From the human T2T-CHM13v2.0 reference genome, Homo sapiens, in NCBI RefSeq assembly GCF_009914755.1, contig NC_060932.1: a DNA stretch of 64,000 nucleotides; one strand, written 5' to 3'. The notes below the pieces were generated by a model that was not told the origin of the DNA, ran no database searches, and was given only the letters and a program-made list of their open reading frames with translations. Every line of letters starts with the position of its first letter. The first letter of the stretch is position 1. Shown piece after piece: positions 15,110 to 30,234 of this stretch. Both the position numbers and the translations under genes were made by a program.

Positions 15110-15575
15110 CTCCTCAGTGCTTCTGTTTTCTTACCAGCTTTTATTTTCTTAGTAACATCGGTCATTCTCTATAACTATTTGTCCCCACTAGAGCATAAGT
15201 TCCACAAGGCCAGGGTGACCTTATCCACCAGGCAGAGGCAGGGGAGGAGGGAGTACGGACTCTGGGCCAGGGCTGCTTTGGTAGGAAAGCTGGCTGTGCC
15301 TCTTATGATGCAATCTGGAACAAACTATTCATGCTGTTTGTGCTTCAGTTTCCTCATCTGTTAATAGGGGATAATATTGGGCTTTTCCTCACAGTTTGTC
15401 ATGCAAGTAAATCGAGTAGGTCACTTAAAAGTGCCTGGCACATAACAGACACTCCACAATTGATAGCTATAGTTATGGCTAGTTATGTTCATCCTTACTC
15501 CTCCTGCACCTAGAAAAACGTCTAGCAGATAATTCATGTTCAGGAAATATTCTTAATTTGAATGAATGAAAAAAA
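15110..15575 (+). mobile_element. L2 and MIR relics
   Basis: MIR core cttcagtttcctcatctgttaataggggataat; L2-like ccccactagagcataagttcc and gaatgaatgaa tail. Confidence 0.6.
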
Positions 15576-16060
15576 GAGTAAAATGGAGTTCAGGTTAAGG
15601 AATTTCTTGAATGTAAGTCAAAGAGTTATGAAATACACCATGCTGATCAGTGGGTTTCAACAAAGTAGATTTACATGAAGGTCCCAACTGCACACACTGT
15701 TCCAGGGGCAGAATGATGAATGGGGGACATTTTTAATATGGCTTGAAAAAGTTCCCATGTGACTATGATGGACACACCATGCCTTACCTTAAAAATCATT
15801 GCTGTAAACCAAAACAGGTGATAATACAGAGGAGCATGATGAAAGTAGGGCCCGGAAACATTAATCCAACATTGGCACAGAAGATTCAATGGCAGAGAGT
15901 AAATCAACAGTAAGGAGAAGAAAGTGAGCTGGCCTAGATACTATGCGGAGGATGTCCCTTCCCCTAAAAGCAACTAGATGCTTCATAAAATAAGTGTTTT
16001 ATTTACTTGCTGGGCTTACAGAAAGTTAATTAAAGAAAAAAAAAATTAGAAGGCTCAGAA

Positions 16061-16355
16061 TTTTTTTTTTTTTTGAGATAAGGCCTTGCTCTGTTGCTCA
16101 GGCTAGGGTTCAGTGGCACAATCATGGCTCAATGCAGCTGCGATCTTCTGGGCTCAAGCAGTCCTCCCACCTCAGCCTCCCAAGTAGCTGAGACCAATAA
16201 GCACACGCCACCAGAGCTGGCTAATTTTTTTTATTATTTGTAGGAATGAGGTCTCCTATGTTCCCCAGGCTGGTCTCGAACTCCTGGGCTGAAGAAATCC
16301 TCCCACCTTGGCCTCCCAGAGTGCTGGGATTATAGGCATGAGCCACTGTGCCCAG
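16061..16355 (-). mobile_element. AluJ-like
   Basis: Poly(T) then antisense Alu with ctcctgggctgaag/ggctcaagc J-type motifs. Confidence 0.9.
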
Positions 16356-16485
16356 AAAATATCTTAGCCTTGGTCCAGAAAACAGAGGCTAAAGAAAGGA
16401 TTAAGACACAGATATCAGAAGAGGCCAACTGCATACCTTATGCCATTTGCCCTGAATTGAATGCTTGATGAGCATTCAATTGCCT

Positions 16486-16687
16486 GATATCCTCTACCTG
16501 TATCCATGGCTGTCTTTCAGTCACATTACAGACTCATTGTAATGACCATGTAGGGACAATGTGATTTCAGAAACATGGCCTCATTTGATTTTAATGTAAA
16601 TATAAATCAGTGAAGCAGAAAAAGAGAATCTCCAGAAAAACAAGGGATGAGGCTATACAGTAAGTTAAAGTGGAATCAGAACCCAAC
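16486..16687 (-). repeat. Inverted repeat, right arm (202 bp)
   Basis: Reverse complement of 11344-11545, 199/202 identical. Confidence 0.97.
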
Positions 16688-17842
16688 CAGCATGAATTCT
16701 TGGTTCCTCCAGTGGTTAAGGTCTCATACTGAGGAAAGGAGGAGCAAATCCTGGCTTAAAATCATTAAAACGCTATTGCTTAGTAAGCCAAAATTGGAGG
16801 TGTGATTGTTCTCAGAATGACAACCCAGGTAAAGGAGGGAACATGTTTTTCCGGAAGATCCTACTGAAACAACTCAGTCTCAGTGAAGCCCAGCTCATAG
16901 TGGTTTTATAGAGCCACACCTTAGCAGAAAGTGGTTTGAAGATGGAGGGCTTCTTGCCAATGCCTTCAGTTTCACAGCTGCAGAACCCTCTAGTGCTACG
17001 AAGGCACACTACAGAAGTCAGACATTTTTGGACAGCCTTTCGATACATCTGTAAAGACTGAAACAACCAAAACATAAGAACGGAATCCCAAGTTTGTGTT
17101 TATATCTCACATTTGGTTGGACCAAGGAGAAGTATCAGAAAAACTTCAGACTGTTTCCTGGTTACTCGTGAGCACCTCCAACCCACCTTCTCCTGTGTAG
17201 TAATTTTTCATCTGCACCATACAGAAAATAATCAAATTCAATCTTTGAAAGCCATCACTTTGGGTTTGTACACAGTATAAGCATTTCTGATAAAAAGTAT
17301 CATAGATTTGATTCTATCTGACCAAGGCCACCACTGGCTGAAAACAAAATTAATGAACTTTCACAAAGTATCATTTTTAGTTTTCACTACTGATTCTTGT
17401 AGAGTTAAACATGGTACCAAAAAATCATTGTCTTTCATGAAAACTTTGGGAATTAAAATGTGCAGAAGCTGGGCCTGTTATTCTAATAGCAGTGTGTATT
17501 TTCCTTATCATTTTATCTCAAGGACATGGGAGTCCTTACCATGCCCCATTATGTGGGGCATCAGACTCTGCCCTGAGAGTGCGTGCATGCTGGGTATGAT
17601 CAGCTGCCAGTGCACACAAATACCAGATTGCCTCTGCATAAACCTTGCTGCTTTTCCAAGAAGCAGATTTTCATTCAAGGTTTTTTATTCTAAGACAGAA
17701 AAGATAAAAAACTTCAGTGCCTTTGAGATTCTTAAAGACCATATGAAGAAGCAAAATTCATCAGTTTTCTACTTTTCACATTTTTCATAATTTTGATATG
17801 TTATAATAAAGTTATGGAAAACTTTAAGTCAGCAAAGATGAC

Positions 17843-20030
17843 TTCATAAGTTATTTATGGTTTCATAACATCAAAATGCAGCAGCTTGAAGTAAGAGTGA
17901 GCATTTCTCAGGATTCTGTTGGTAGGTTGATATTCCTTCTGCTGTCTCATCCACCAGCACAGTGGGGTCCGGATGGCCTGTTCTGGCCTCTCTCACATGT
18001 CTCAGGGGCTGGTGGGGATGGCTTGTCCATATGCTCCACCTGCTCCTTACAAGATGCTCTGATGGGAGCACTTCAAGTCAGTGAGAGGCAAGTTGCAAGG
18101 TCTCTTGAAGCCTAGGCTCTGCAATTTATGTGATGCCACTTCTACCACATTCTGGAGTCAAAGCAGGTCATAGAGCTTGCCCTGAGTGAAGAGGTCTCCT
18201 AGACATCACCTCTTCATGAAAGAAATGGCAAAGTCATATTTTGGAGAGGCATGCATGAAGAACAGAGAGGTTTTGCACCCATCTTTGTAACCCATCTGAC
18301 CCAGGTTTCCCTCTGACCACAATAACTCACAACTGTCCTGTGAACATACTCACCTCTTCCCCAGGGCAAACACATTCTCCACTTCCAAAGACCCCCAAAT
18401 CTCATCCAGTCGGGCCCAACTTCCATGATCTCTGTCCTGCATTAGCGGGGACAAATGCAAATGAGAGGCCTCCTGGGGTAGCTCCTTGGATGTGGCCCTT
18501 CATGGTCCAGGGACCTGAGAACTGAATAGCCAAGTTATCTGCCTCTCACAAACACAAGTTAAACAGAAGACACAGGGCAGGAAATTCCCAACAGACACTC
18601 CCATTCCAAAGGCGCAGAATAAGGAGTTACATAGCAACCACACTGCTCTACAGTAATTCCAAACCCAGTCATCAGCTGTCGTTGGGGTCTCCCATTCTGT
18701 AGGAACACAGATTTGAGCTTCATTCTGCTCCATGGAAGTCATTCTCTAATCCGTTGTTCTCTATGCTTAGCTCCACCTTCTGAGACATCTTTCAACAGGA
18801 AATGGACCATGTCTGTAGCTAAGTAGCTTTCTTAGACTACTCTCGTTACATAAAAATTTGGGGTTCTGGAAGCTTCTTTTCAAATGTTTTTGCCTTTTTA
18901 GTCCAATTGGGCCATGCTTTCATTCATATGACTCTCTTACAACTTTGTGGGATTCACTCTATGCCCCAAATTTCATAACCATACTTATTTTTGAGACAGA
19001 CTTCTTTCAAATTTTGGTCTGTTGGATTGCTTTGGGAAGACACTCTTAAGAGTTTTAGAAGCCCTTTTGTCTTCTAAGAGGGTCTGGAATGACATTAAAT
19101 CTTTCTGAGGTATCAGAAGTCCCCTAGCCACAACTTTGATTTTATGTTTCTTTACCCTGAGGCTATTTCTTACTTTTAAGAACCTTTTGTCAGTTGGAGA
19201 GACTGAAAATGTGGTAAATGAGAAACAGTTTTATTTTCAACCCAGCAAGTACTATCTCTTCTTTATTTTCTCAAAATTTTGTTTACAAATCAAACAGTTC
19301 TCTCTATAGCTTCTTTATAGTATTGTGCATATTGTCATACCTACACAGAACTGCCCAACTGGCCTTTTCAACATTTTGTCTAGAGATCTCCTTAGCCAGA
19401 CACAGGAATTCATTAGGAACATGGCATTTCCTATCTTCCAGTTACTGCAGGTGACATATTTGCCAGTTATTCCCCTACTACATAACACAGGTCACCCTTT
19501 TCCAGCCTCAAAAAGTTATTTTCTCAGCCATGCGTGGTGGCTCACGCCTGTAATCCCAGCACTTTGGGAGGCTGAAGCAGGCACATCATGAGTTTAGGAG
19601 ATCGAGACCATCCTGGCTAACATGGTAAAACCCCATCTCTACTAAAAATACAAAAAATTAGCTGGGTGTGGTGGCGGATGCCTGTAGTCTCAGCTATCGG
19701 GAGGCTGAGGCAGGAGAATGACATGAACCTGGGAGGCAGAGCTTGCAGTGAGCCAAGATTGTGCCACTGCACTCCAGCCTGGGTGACAGAGTAAGACTCT
19801 GTCTCAAAAAAAAAAAAAAAAAAAAAAAAAAAGTTATTTTCTCACACCAACAGTCCTAATTGCCACCTCATCACTTTTCTAGCATCACTCACTGTCCAGT
19901 CCTAAAAACAATGACACTTGCTTTACATTTTCTTCAGTAGCACCCTACTCATGGTACTAACTTTGGTATCAGTTATCTATGGCTATTTGGAATAATGAAT
20001 ATTACAAAACTTAACAACTTAAAACAACTA
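17843..20030 (-). mobile_element. Old MaLR (MLT1-type) provirus remnant: LTR, internal region, start of second LTR
   Basis: LTR-like ~17843-18303; MLT-int-like 18304-19965 ending in ctcatggtactaacttt (MaLR internal-LTR junction motif); second LTR start gttatctatggct...aacttaaaacaac echoes the first. Confidence 0.6.
19527..19832 (+). mobile_element. AluY-like
   Basis: gagatcgagaccatcctggctaac and gcagagcttgcagtgagc diagnostics; TSD aaaagttattttctca on both sides. Confidence 0.93.
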
Positions 20031-20039
20031 TGGTATATG

Positions 20040-20195
20040 ATCTGGTGGTTACAGTTTCTGTTTAGGGTGATGCAAAAGTTCTGGAAATAGATCATGATTA
20101 TGCTACACCATATAATGAATGTAAATAATGCCTCTGAATTGTACACTTAATGGCAAATTTTTTGTTAATATGTATTCTACCACAATAAAAAAATT
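20040..20195 (+). mobile_element. L1MB-like 3' terminal fragment
   Basis: gaattgtacacttaa...tattctaccacaataaaaaaa. Confidence 0.7.
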
Positions 20196-20364
20196 GTTAG
20201 AGGTGTTAACAGTAGAGGAATGGATATGTAAACTATGGAACATCATTCAATTGAATACTATGATCTTATTAATATGATTACCATTTAATTAATCATTAGG
20301 AAGCCATTAAAATCTTGTAAAAGAATACTGAGGTAGAAAATGTTAACGATATTGTAACATCATT

Positions 20365-20753
20365 CTGTGGCTCTCCAAAGCATATATAAATACAGAGAGA
20401 TTTATTTTAAGGAATTGGCTCATGGGATTGTAAGAGTTGGCAAGTTCAAAATTTGTAGAACAGGCCAGGAGGCTAGAAACTCAGGCAAAGATTGATGTTG
20501 CAATCTTAAGTTTAAAATTTGTAATACCAGATGGTAGGCTGGAAACTCAGGCAGGAAACCTCAGCATTTGTTCTTTAGGCTTTCAACTAATCGGACAAGG
20601 TACACCCACATCATCAAAGGTAACCTCTTTTACCTAATGTCAACTGATTCTAAGTATTACTTCTAAAAGATACCTTCACAGCAACATTTAGTGTTTGACC
20701 AAACAACTGGGCACTATAGCCTAGCCAAGTTACACATGAAATTAACCATTACA
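20365..20753 (-). mobile_element. MLT2-family LTR (ERVL)
   Basis: gatttattttaaggaattggctcatg...ctagccaagttacacatgaaattaaccattaca. Confidence 0.8.
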
Positions 20754-21238
20754 GATAGAATACTGAATTTTTTTTAAAAAATGCTACAAAACAATATATA
20801 TGATACACTATCTTTTAAAATGTATGCACATATACATATATGTTAATAGAATACTGTAAATGTTTATCTTAAAGTAGTAAGATTATATTTTATTTTGCCT
20901 TTGTGCTTTTCTGTGTTCTTCAGCTACGTGCATAGAATTTGTATTTGGTTTACAATTACTAATAAAAGTTAGCTTTTTAAAATTATGTAAAGCATTAGAA
21001 GATTGTTATGACAAAATATTGAGTGAAATAGCAGAACATTCTCGTTGCTTCTTGAGTGATGGATGCAAGAGAGAAAATTTCCCTACTTTTTTCCTCATCC
21101 AATTTTATTTAATTGGCACATATGATTTTTTATACTGAAAACATTTGAAAACTTTTTAATAACATGGAAAATGATTGTGATATACTCAGGTGAAAAGAGC
21201 AAAATTCAGAATTGTACATACAATAAGATTATAGCCTA

Positions 21239-21631
<393 letters not shown>

Positions 21632-23091
21632 TTAAGATTGTGGGTTGATGAAAAAGATTTTTTCTATTTATTAAAAAATGTTTCTATAATGTGAATATTA
21701 CCTATACAATTAAAAAGAGTTTCCTGGCAAACATATGGTAATATGCCTCAGTGGACTCTCAAGATTTTGTAAACATCGACTTATTTGTAACTTGCCCTTA
21801 AGTGGATCTGTGGTGATAAGCCAGCTTATTCTAATCATATCACCCTAGTATTTTAGGAACATGCACTGGCTCTTCTTTATAATTAGATAGGCCAAGTTTT
21901 CAGCTGGGCAGTCTTCTCAAATAACTGTGTTATAAGAAATACTTTTTAATCTCTAAGCTTTACTCATTATTACAATGAGGCTACTAATAGCTATAGTGAT
22001 TGTTAAACAAAAGCACTTAAACAATACCTGTGTAAATGTTTGTTGCTCTTATTGCTTCCATGTGCCTGCTTCCTGAACTCTTTTTATTATAGCACTTTAA
22101 ATTGTGGTAACAATATGAACCTATAGCTTCAAAGGCATATAAAGCAGTAAGTATATTTCTTGCTCAGCAAACATTCATAGCAGGAGTTTCATTGGCTAAG
22201 GTGGCTCTCTTCCAGGTGATCATTCAGGGACACAGCCTCCTTCCATCTTACAAGCATTTCTCAACTCCCAGGGTGTCACTGTCATCTGCAGCCAGCTGGC
22301 AGAAAAGGACAGCAAAGGACATTCATGGAGGGTTTGTATAGCAGTCATGGAAGTGGCACACATTCTGGGAAATAGCCCCCCATGGAAAATGTAATCCAAC
22401 TGTGGACCTGCAGAAAGCTTTCTGCCACGTTTCCTTAACACTTTGTATCTTTCTCATTTGCAGTTATGTGTATTTGTCTCATCTATCTGAAAGGATATGC
22501 GCTAAGGGGATTGCCTCATGCAGTGCATCTTCTTTGGTGCATATATGATGCTGAGCGGATGCTCATGTGCTGAGTGGAATAATGCCCCTACTCTGAAGCA
22601 CTCCTGTTCTGAGGCAGGGATTGACGTTAACACTAAAGACAGTTTGCCTTTTTTTTCCTATTGTTAAATCCACAATCATCTAATTATGAAAAATGTCAAT
22701 AATAAAAAAGAAACAAAATGTAAATCTAGTTAAACATACATTATTGATATTCACAGGAGAAAAATATCTGGCAGCTATGGCTTATAACTGGAAAATTAAA
22801 ACACTGAAGAGAAACTGGCAAATGCTTTCTCCTTGGGAACTGGCATTTCTGCAGCCAATTAAAGAAGAAAAGCAAAGTGATGTTCAATAACAAACTCTTC
22901 TCATTTTATTAGAAATCATCAAAGACTGAAAAAATATAAAGAATTTTTGTGTGTGAACCATGCAACAAAACCCGGGCGCATATCAAAATAGTTTCCATTA
23001 TAACTCCCCAAATAAATAATTATTTCATTATGTAAGTGCTTGTTTCAAATTTATTTTTCCATTTTGTATTTTGTCTTCTTGAAATTAAATT

Positions 23092-23230
23092 GGCCGGGAG
23101 CGGTGACTCACGCCTGTAACCGCTGCACTTTGAGAGGCTGAAGTGGGCAGATCACCTGAGGTCAGGAGTTCCAGACCAGTCTGGCCAAGATGACAAAATC
23201 CCACCTCTACTAAAAACACAAAAATTAGCT
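23092..23230 (+). mobile_element. Alu left arm only
   Basis: ggccgggagcggtgactcacgcc...aaaattagct then non-Alu sequence. Confidence 0.85.
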
Positions 23231-23251
23231 ACAAAAGAATATATCCAATGA

Positions 23252-23555
23252 GGCTGGTTGTGGTGGCTCACACCTGTAGTCCAAGCAGTTTGGGAGACTG
23301 AGGCAGGAGGATTGCTTGAGTCCTGGAGTTTGAGACCAACCTGGGCAACACAGTAAGACCCCATCTCTAAAAAAAAAAATACAAAAATTAGCCAGGCATG
23401 GTAGTGCATGCCCGTGGTCCCAGCTACTCAGAAGGCTGAGATGGGAGGATCACTTGAGCCCAGGAGGTTGAGGCTACAGTGAGCTGTGTCTGCCACAGCA
23501 CTCCAGCCCGGGCAATGGAGTAAGGCCCTATCTCAAAATGAAAGAAAAGAAAAGA
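23252..23555 (+). mobile_element. AluJ-like
   Basis: ggaggattgcttgag, ggatcacttgagcccaggagg; approximate TSD agaatat(a/g)tccaa. Confidence 0.9.
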
Positions 23556-24499
23556 GAATATGTCCAACAGTGTGAATCAGACATGGAGGAATAAGGCCTT
23601 TGCCAGGTACCTACCTCAGTGCTAACTAGATGCTATTGACCTAAAACCCATGATTTATACAAATCTTCAAATTCTTCGTTGAAGTTTAACAAGTATCTAC
23701 AAAGTGCATCCCAGTCCTTCCTGTCATCCTGCTGAAAGCCGAAATCTGAATATTTCTGGTTGGGGGTCTCCCCATTTTTGAAAACCCCCACCCTGGACAA
23801 CAACCATACCATGCTTTGCAGCTCAGGAGGCACATGTCCTCGGGAGAGAGGACTTGAGACTGTGAGAAGCAGAAATAGAAGATGGCTCGGTGAGCAAGGA
23901 AGCTAATTACTCAGAGCAGATCAGGTAATAGGCTTACCAAAAAAATGACTGCAAAAGTCTCTTTTCACTCACTTCAGTGTTCATGATGAAAGTTTTAACA
24001 GCAATTCAAAAATTCAAAACTCGTATTCTAAAAGTAGAAAAAAGCAAAGCCTAAATAAAACTCCCAGTCACCCTCTCCACATGAAAACAAGACAACTAAG
24101 CAGAAGGATAATAATTATAACTCAGATGTGAGACCTATCAACCCCATAAATTTTATTTTTTTAATTATGTGATTCTTTCTTAGTACAATGTACAGTCAGC
24201 CTAATTCAAAACCAAATGGCTATAAAATCCCAAGCCATGACTATAAAAGTCTGTTAAATAAATAGCTGATTTATCATCCATTGGTTGGAAAGTTAAATAT
24301 TTGCTTATCAGGGTTATGACAGTTTAAATGTCATTTTCCCTTTGGAAGATACAATTCAACCATAATTTATTTTCCATTTACATTTTTAGATTATTAATTC
24401 AAAAGAAACATGAGTGAAGACTTAATTTTAAATAATCAGGTGTATGTCTATAAAATAAACATCTGTCCCCAGTATATAAAGATTAAAATTGTGTCTCAT

Positions 24500-24992
24500 T
24501 TTTTCTTTCTTTTCAGCTTTGATATATAATTGACATATAAAATTATATATATTTAAGGTATAAAATGTGATAATTTGATAGAGGTACACATTGTGATTAC
24601 CACAATCACGTTAGTTAACATGTCCACACCTCACACTGTTAGGCTGTTCTGTTCCGTTTTTGGTAAGAACATTTAAGATCTATTTTCTTAGCAAATTTCA
24701 AGTACACAATACACTATTGTTAACAATAGTCACCAGGCTGTACATCAGCTCTCCAGAGCTATTCACCTTGTAACTGAAGGTTTGTGCCCTTTGGCCAGCA
24801 TCTCCCGTTTTCCTGCTCCCCAGCCCTGCAATCTCTGTTCTACTGTCTGTTTCCATGAGTTTGTTTTTTACGTTCCATCTGTGAGTAGGGTCAGGCAGCA
24901 CTTGTCTTTCTCTGATTCACTGATTTCACTTAGCATGATGCTCACAAGGCCCATCCCTGTTGTCTCAAATGGCAGGGTTTCCTTCTTTTTTA
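24500..24992 (-). mobile_element. L1MA-like 3' UTR
   Basis: cttagcaaatttcaagtacacaatacactattgttaacaatagtcacc...tttcacttagcatgatg. Confidence 0.85.
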
Positions 24993-26899
24993 CTCATTCA
25001 TGATTTTTTATAGCCACAAAATCACCCATTTTCTCTTGAACCTCAAATTTTTAGATGCTCTCTATCCTTGGAGGATGGACAGCCACCTAGATGACGTGGT
25101 CCAGTAGTTCCTCTCTCATGGCTCCAAACCCAAACACATATAACCTTCCACAGTGGAGTCTGAAATTCCAACTTAGAGATGCATTCCTTTGGTTATGAGT
25201 TCTAAATAACTAATAGTTATTTAAAATCATTTGGAAATTTCATGGTTCTAAAACACTAGAGCTTGAAAGATCACTTTGCAAATCAGGAAAGTGAGAGGCC
25301 TGGAAGTATCTAGGCCAAGTCGCATGACTCATGACAGGTAAGGACTGGAATCCTGTTCGCCTCATGCTCATCACCAAGTTCCATGCAGGCACTCAGGATC
25401 ATACCAAAAGTTTTTTTTTTTTAATTAGTCAGTCATGGAGAAAGGCTGTTATGGGGCAAAACTCATCACAATTAAGGTGCTTTTGTTTTGTTTTGTCTTG
25501 TTTTGTTGATAGAATGAAAGGCAGGTGGGTGGAGACAGCAGAGAGCAGATAGAGGAACTCCCAGCACCTTAGAAATGGAGGAAGCCTTGGAGAGCACAGG
25601 GACTCTTAGGCCCTGGAGGGCTGAGAAGAGAGTCTGAAATCCAGAACTCAAAAGGAGCAGATGGGAATATTCCATGCACATACCATGTTTTTGCTGACAT
25701 GTTTAAAACACAGGATTTCTTTTTCCTGCTCACTGATTCTTTGTTCATTGGTTTAAATGTAAAATATACCTATACTTTCATTATCCAAACTAATTATTTG
25801 TTTCTGGATTACATCCACTATTTGTTTGATTTTGGAGCACTTCTATACTTTGCTCAATTTTTGTGGTCTGGCAAATATCATAATTTCCCATAGGACAAAA
25901 TTTTGGTCTCTACAACTCAAATTGACCTGCTAAATTACTAAATTAAGACATATTAGCAACTTTGGACATTGGGTAGTATTTAGAGATTGGGGCTTGACTT
26001 CTTAAATCTGGATCCTAACACAAACCAAGCATATCATTTTAGACATGCTGTTTTTCTTCTTGGAGACAATATGCTCATCTACAGAATGAGGGCATTAGAG
26101 TATATAAAATGTTTAATTTTTTCCTACTCTGAATTCTGTGGCTCTGTATAGAACATAAATAAAATGAATGATATGGTAAAGACTGCAGGCCAGTTTCCGT
26201 GTTAAGATAAGTTAATTAAACACGTGCATACAATTTTGCTCCCTGCTGAAACTTCTTTAAAACTGCATTCACACACAAAGACACATGTGCTGGATGATGA
26301 AGAGAAGATAAGAGACAGCAGCAACAGATGGACAAGTAGTAATTAGCAGCTCAAGAGAACTAAATCCAGTGCCTCCAGAAGAGAAAGCTGAGATCCAAAC
26401 CAATTTAAATGTCAGAATCCTTAAAAGATGAGAAAGCGGTGGCACCAGTTACCTCTGGAACGAAGGATAGAGGGAAGGGAGGAAAATATAGAGATGGGGT
26501 GAAAGTTCCTTGACAGGCTTTTAGCCCCCGGGATATCTTTCCTACTCAGTGCTCTTTGGGTGACTGATCTAACCCCACCCCAAAAGTTTAAAGCTTTATT
26601 CTACAGTAAAAGTTAAACAAGGAATATCTGATGCCTTGCAAATAAAAGGAGTTGTGTCCTATAGAGACAAAAAGGAGATTAAATGATTATAGGGGTGTTA
26701 AAAGCTAAATTTTAAATGTCCAGTCTTTTTATTCCTGCATCCTATCTCCTAGGATGCTAGAAGCCAGACCTTTAACTTTTAAGAACACAAGATGCATAGA
26801 GTCTTTTCCACAGACTTTTAACAGAAAAGACCTAGTGAATCAGTGAATCGCCCACTCAGATTACCTTATAATAAACTCAAAATCAATAAGTCACTGCTG

Positions 26900-28260
<1,361 letters not shown>

Positions 28261-29825
28261 GAGGCTGGTGTCCCAGAGTGCAGACCTGCTCTCCCATGCA
28301 TGCCTTCCTGCCAAGGTCACCTGTGCTCCTTTTCTGCTTGGCTCTGTGAAACCCTAAGAGGAAGGCCACAGTGGGCTTAGAAGCTGAACGTACAGAGCAC
28401 CCCTCCTCCCACTGAAGTTCTGCCCCATGTCACTTTTTGGCCCATGCCACAGTCAGCATCGTGCCCAGTGTTTCCATGCATGTACTTAGGACCTTGTCTG
28501 GTGGCTTCCTGGCAGGCACTCTTCCACACGCTCTGGGATGCTGAGGTCCCACCCACTCTAAGAGGATCATTTATCTGATCCTGGCCATGAAGCCTCTTGC
28601 TTCCAAAGCTAGGTGTGTGGTTATTATTCAATTTTTCAAAATAAAACAATATAATGTTGAGAGATACATAGGTGTTAAAACCTATTTTTTAAAGGGAGTA
28701 ATTGAACCTGAAGATAGGACCGTGGTTAACTTGCTGCAAGACCAGATGGAAATGCAAGGGGAGGAGCCTGAAAGGGGGACTCTAGTCCCACCCTCACCCT
28801 GGCATTTGTTTTTATATATAATCAATTATATACAAACCAATGAGAGTCAAACTGAATATCACTCTGGTGATCACTTCCAGGTGACTTCTTCCAGCACACT
28901 CTATGGAGGAAATTCACTGGACTGCGCACTGAAACCATTTCTCTGCTTGGAGGTTACCGTGAAAAACCTACCTTGCTTGTTTTCCCCCGAGAATTGTATT
29001 ATATAGCTTTCTTATTAAATTTCAAAAAACAAAATCACAGCAGAGGTTTGTATCAAGTAACACCGTTTGCTAAATAAGAAAGACTGTAGAAAGATTGAGT
29101 GGAAGGCTTAATAGTGCAAAGAAAATAACTCAACAGTTAATTTATGACCCTTAATTTACTGATCATGGCAATGAAACTAGTCTTCATTTGTAATGTTGAT
29201 TTATCAATAAGAAATCTTTACTGAGCTCTGTTTTCATCAGATGGCCTAAGTATCATTTAAAAAGAGTGCCAGAAAATATTGAATTTCATATTATCCTCTA
29301 CATCAATAGAATACTCTTTAAAATAATTCATAATATCAATATATCAACATATCAATACAGTGTAGATGTGTGTATATATGTATACGTGTGTGTGTGCATA
29401 TATATATATAATGTAATAACACATTTGGAGATGTATAACCAAAGCTAATGCTATGGCCAATTATTATCCAAATGTTAGAGTTACCAGTGAACTGAAATTA
29501 GCCATTTCGCATCTTGTACACCCACCCCAGAACAGGTCAGGGATGGCACCCCCTGGCATCCTGGAGGCACTGTGCATGGCATAGAAAGGGAAGCTGAGCC
29601 AAGAGCACCAAGATGCTGAACCTCACTTTCCCTCACTTGGACACACACTCACTCCCTTTCCAACAGCCCATCCTTCTCCTTATAGAAACCTGTGAGAAGC
29701 AAAGCTCACTTCCTCCAGAAAGCTCTCCCAGGTAATGTAACCCAATTCCTTCAGAGAGCACGAACCCTTAGGGGACCTACCACCCTAGCGCCAGAGCTGA
29801 GGTCTCCAAAGGTTATGGGGCCAGA

Positions 29826-30234
29826 TGTGATTTGGATGTTTGTCCCCTCCGAGTCTCACGTTAAAATGTGATCCCTGATACTGGGCGTGGCCTGGTGGCA
29901 GGTGTCTGGGTCATGGAGGTGGATCCTTATGACTGGCTTGGTGCCATTCTGAAGTTAATGAGTGAGTTCTGGCTCTGTTATTTCCCATGGGCGCTGATTG
30001 TTTAAAAGGGCCTGGCACCTCCCCTGCCTCTCTCTTCCTTCCTCTCACATAATGCCTGCTCCCCTTTGCCTTCCCCCATGAGTAAAGGCTTCCTGAGGCC
30101 TCCCTAGAAGCCAAGCAGATGCTGGAGCCAAGCTTGTTCCTGTACAGCCTGCAGAACCATGAGCCAAGTCAACCTCTTTTCTTTATAAATTACACACTGT
30201 TGGATATTCTTTTATAACAACACAGACTAAAACA
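29826..30234 (+). mobile_element. MaLR LTR, MSTB-like
   Basis: tttggatgtttgtcccctcc...cagcctgcagaaccatgagcc...acagactaaaaca. Confidence 0.85.

Noticed and set aside
12399-16451. Fixed inversion with staggered-break 22-bp duplications
   Set aside because: 12377-12398 continues naturally into an L2-like tail at 12399+, and the extra templated pieces fit an insertion better; kept only as an alternative
17308-17790. 160-aa ORF in apparently unique DNA (also 28587-29006, 23633-23833, 31255-31485)
   Set aside because: No recognisable homology or convincing exon structure; lengths compatible with chance. Short exons of a lncRNA or large gene cannot be excluded
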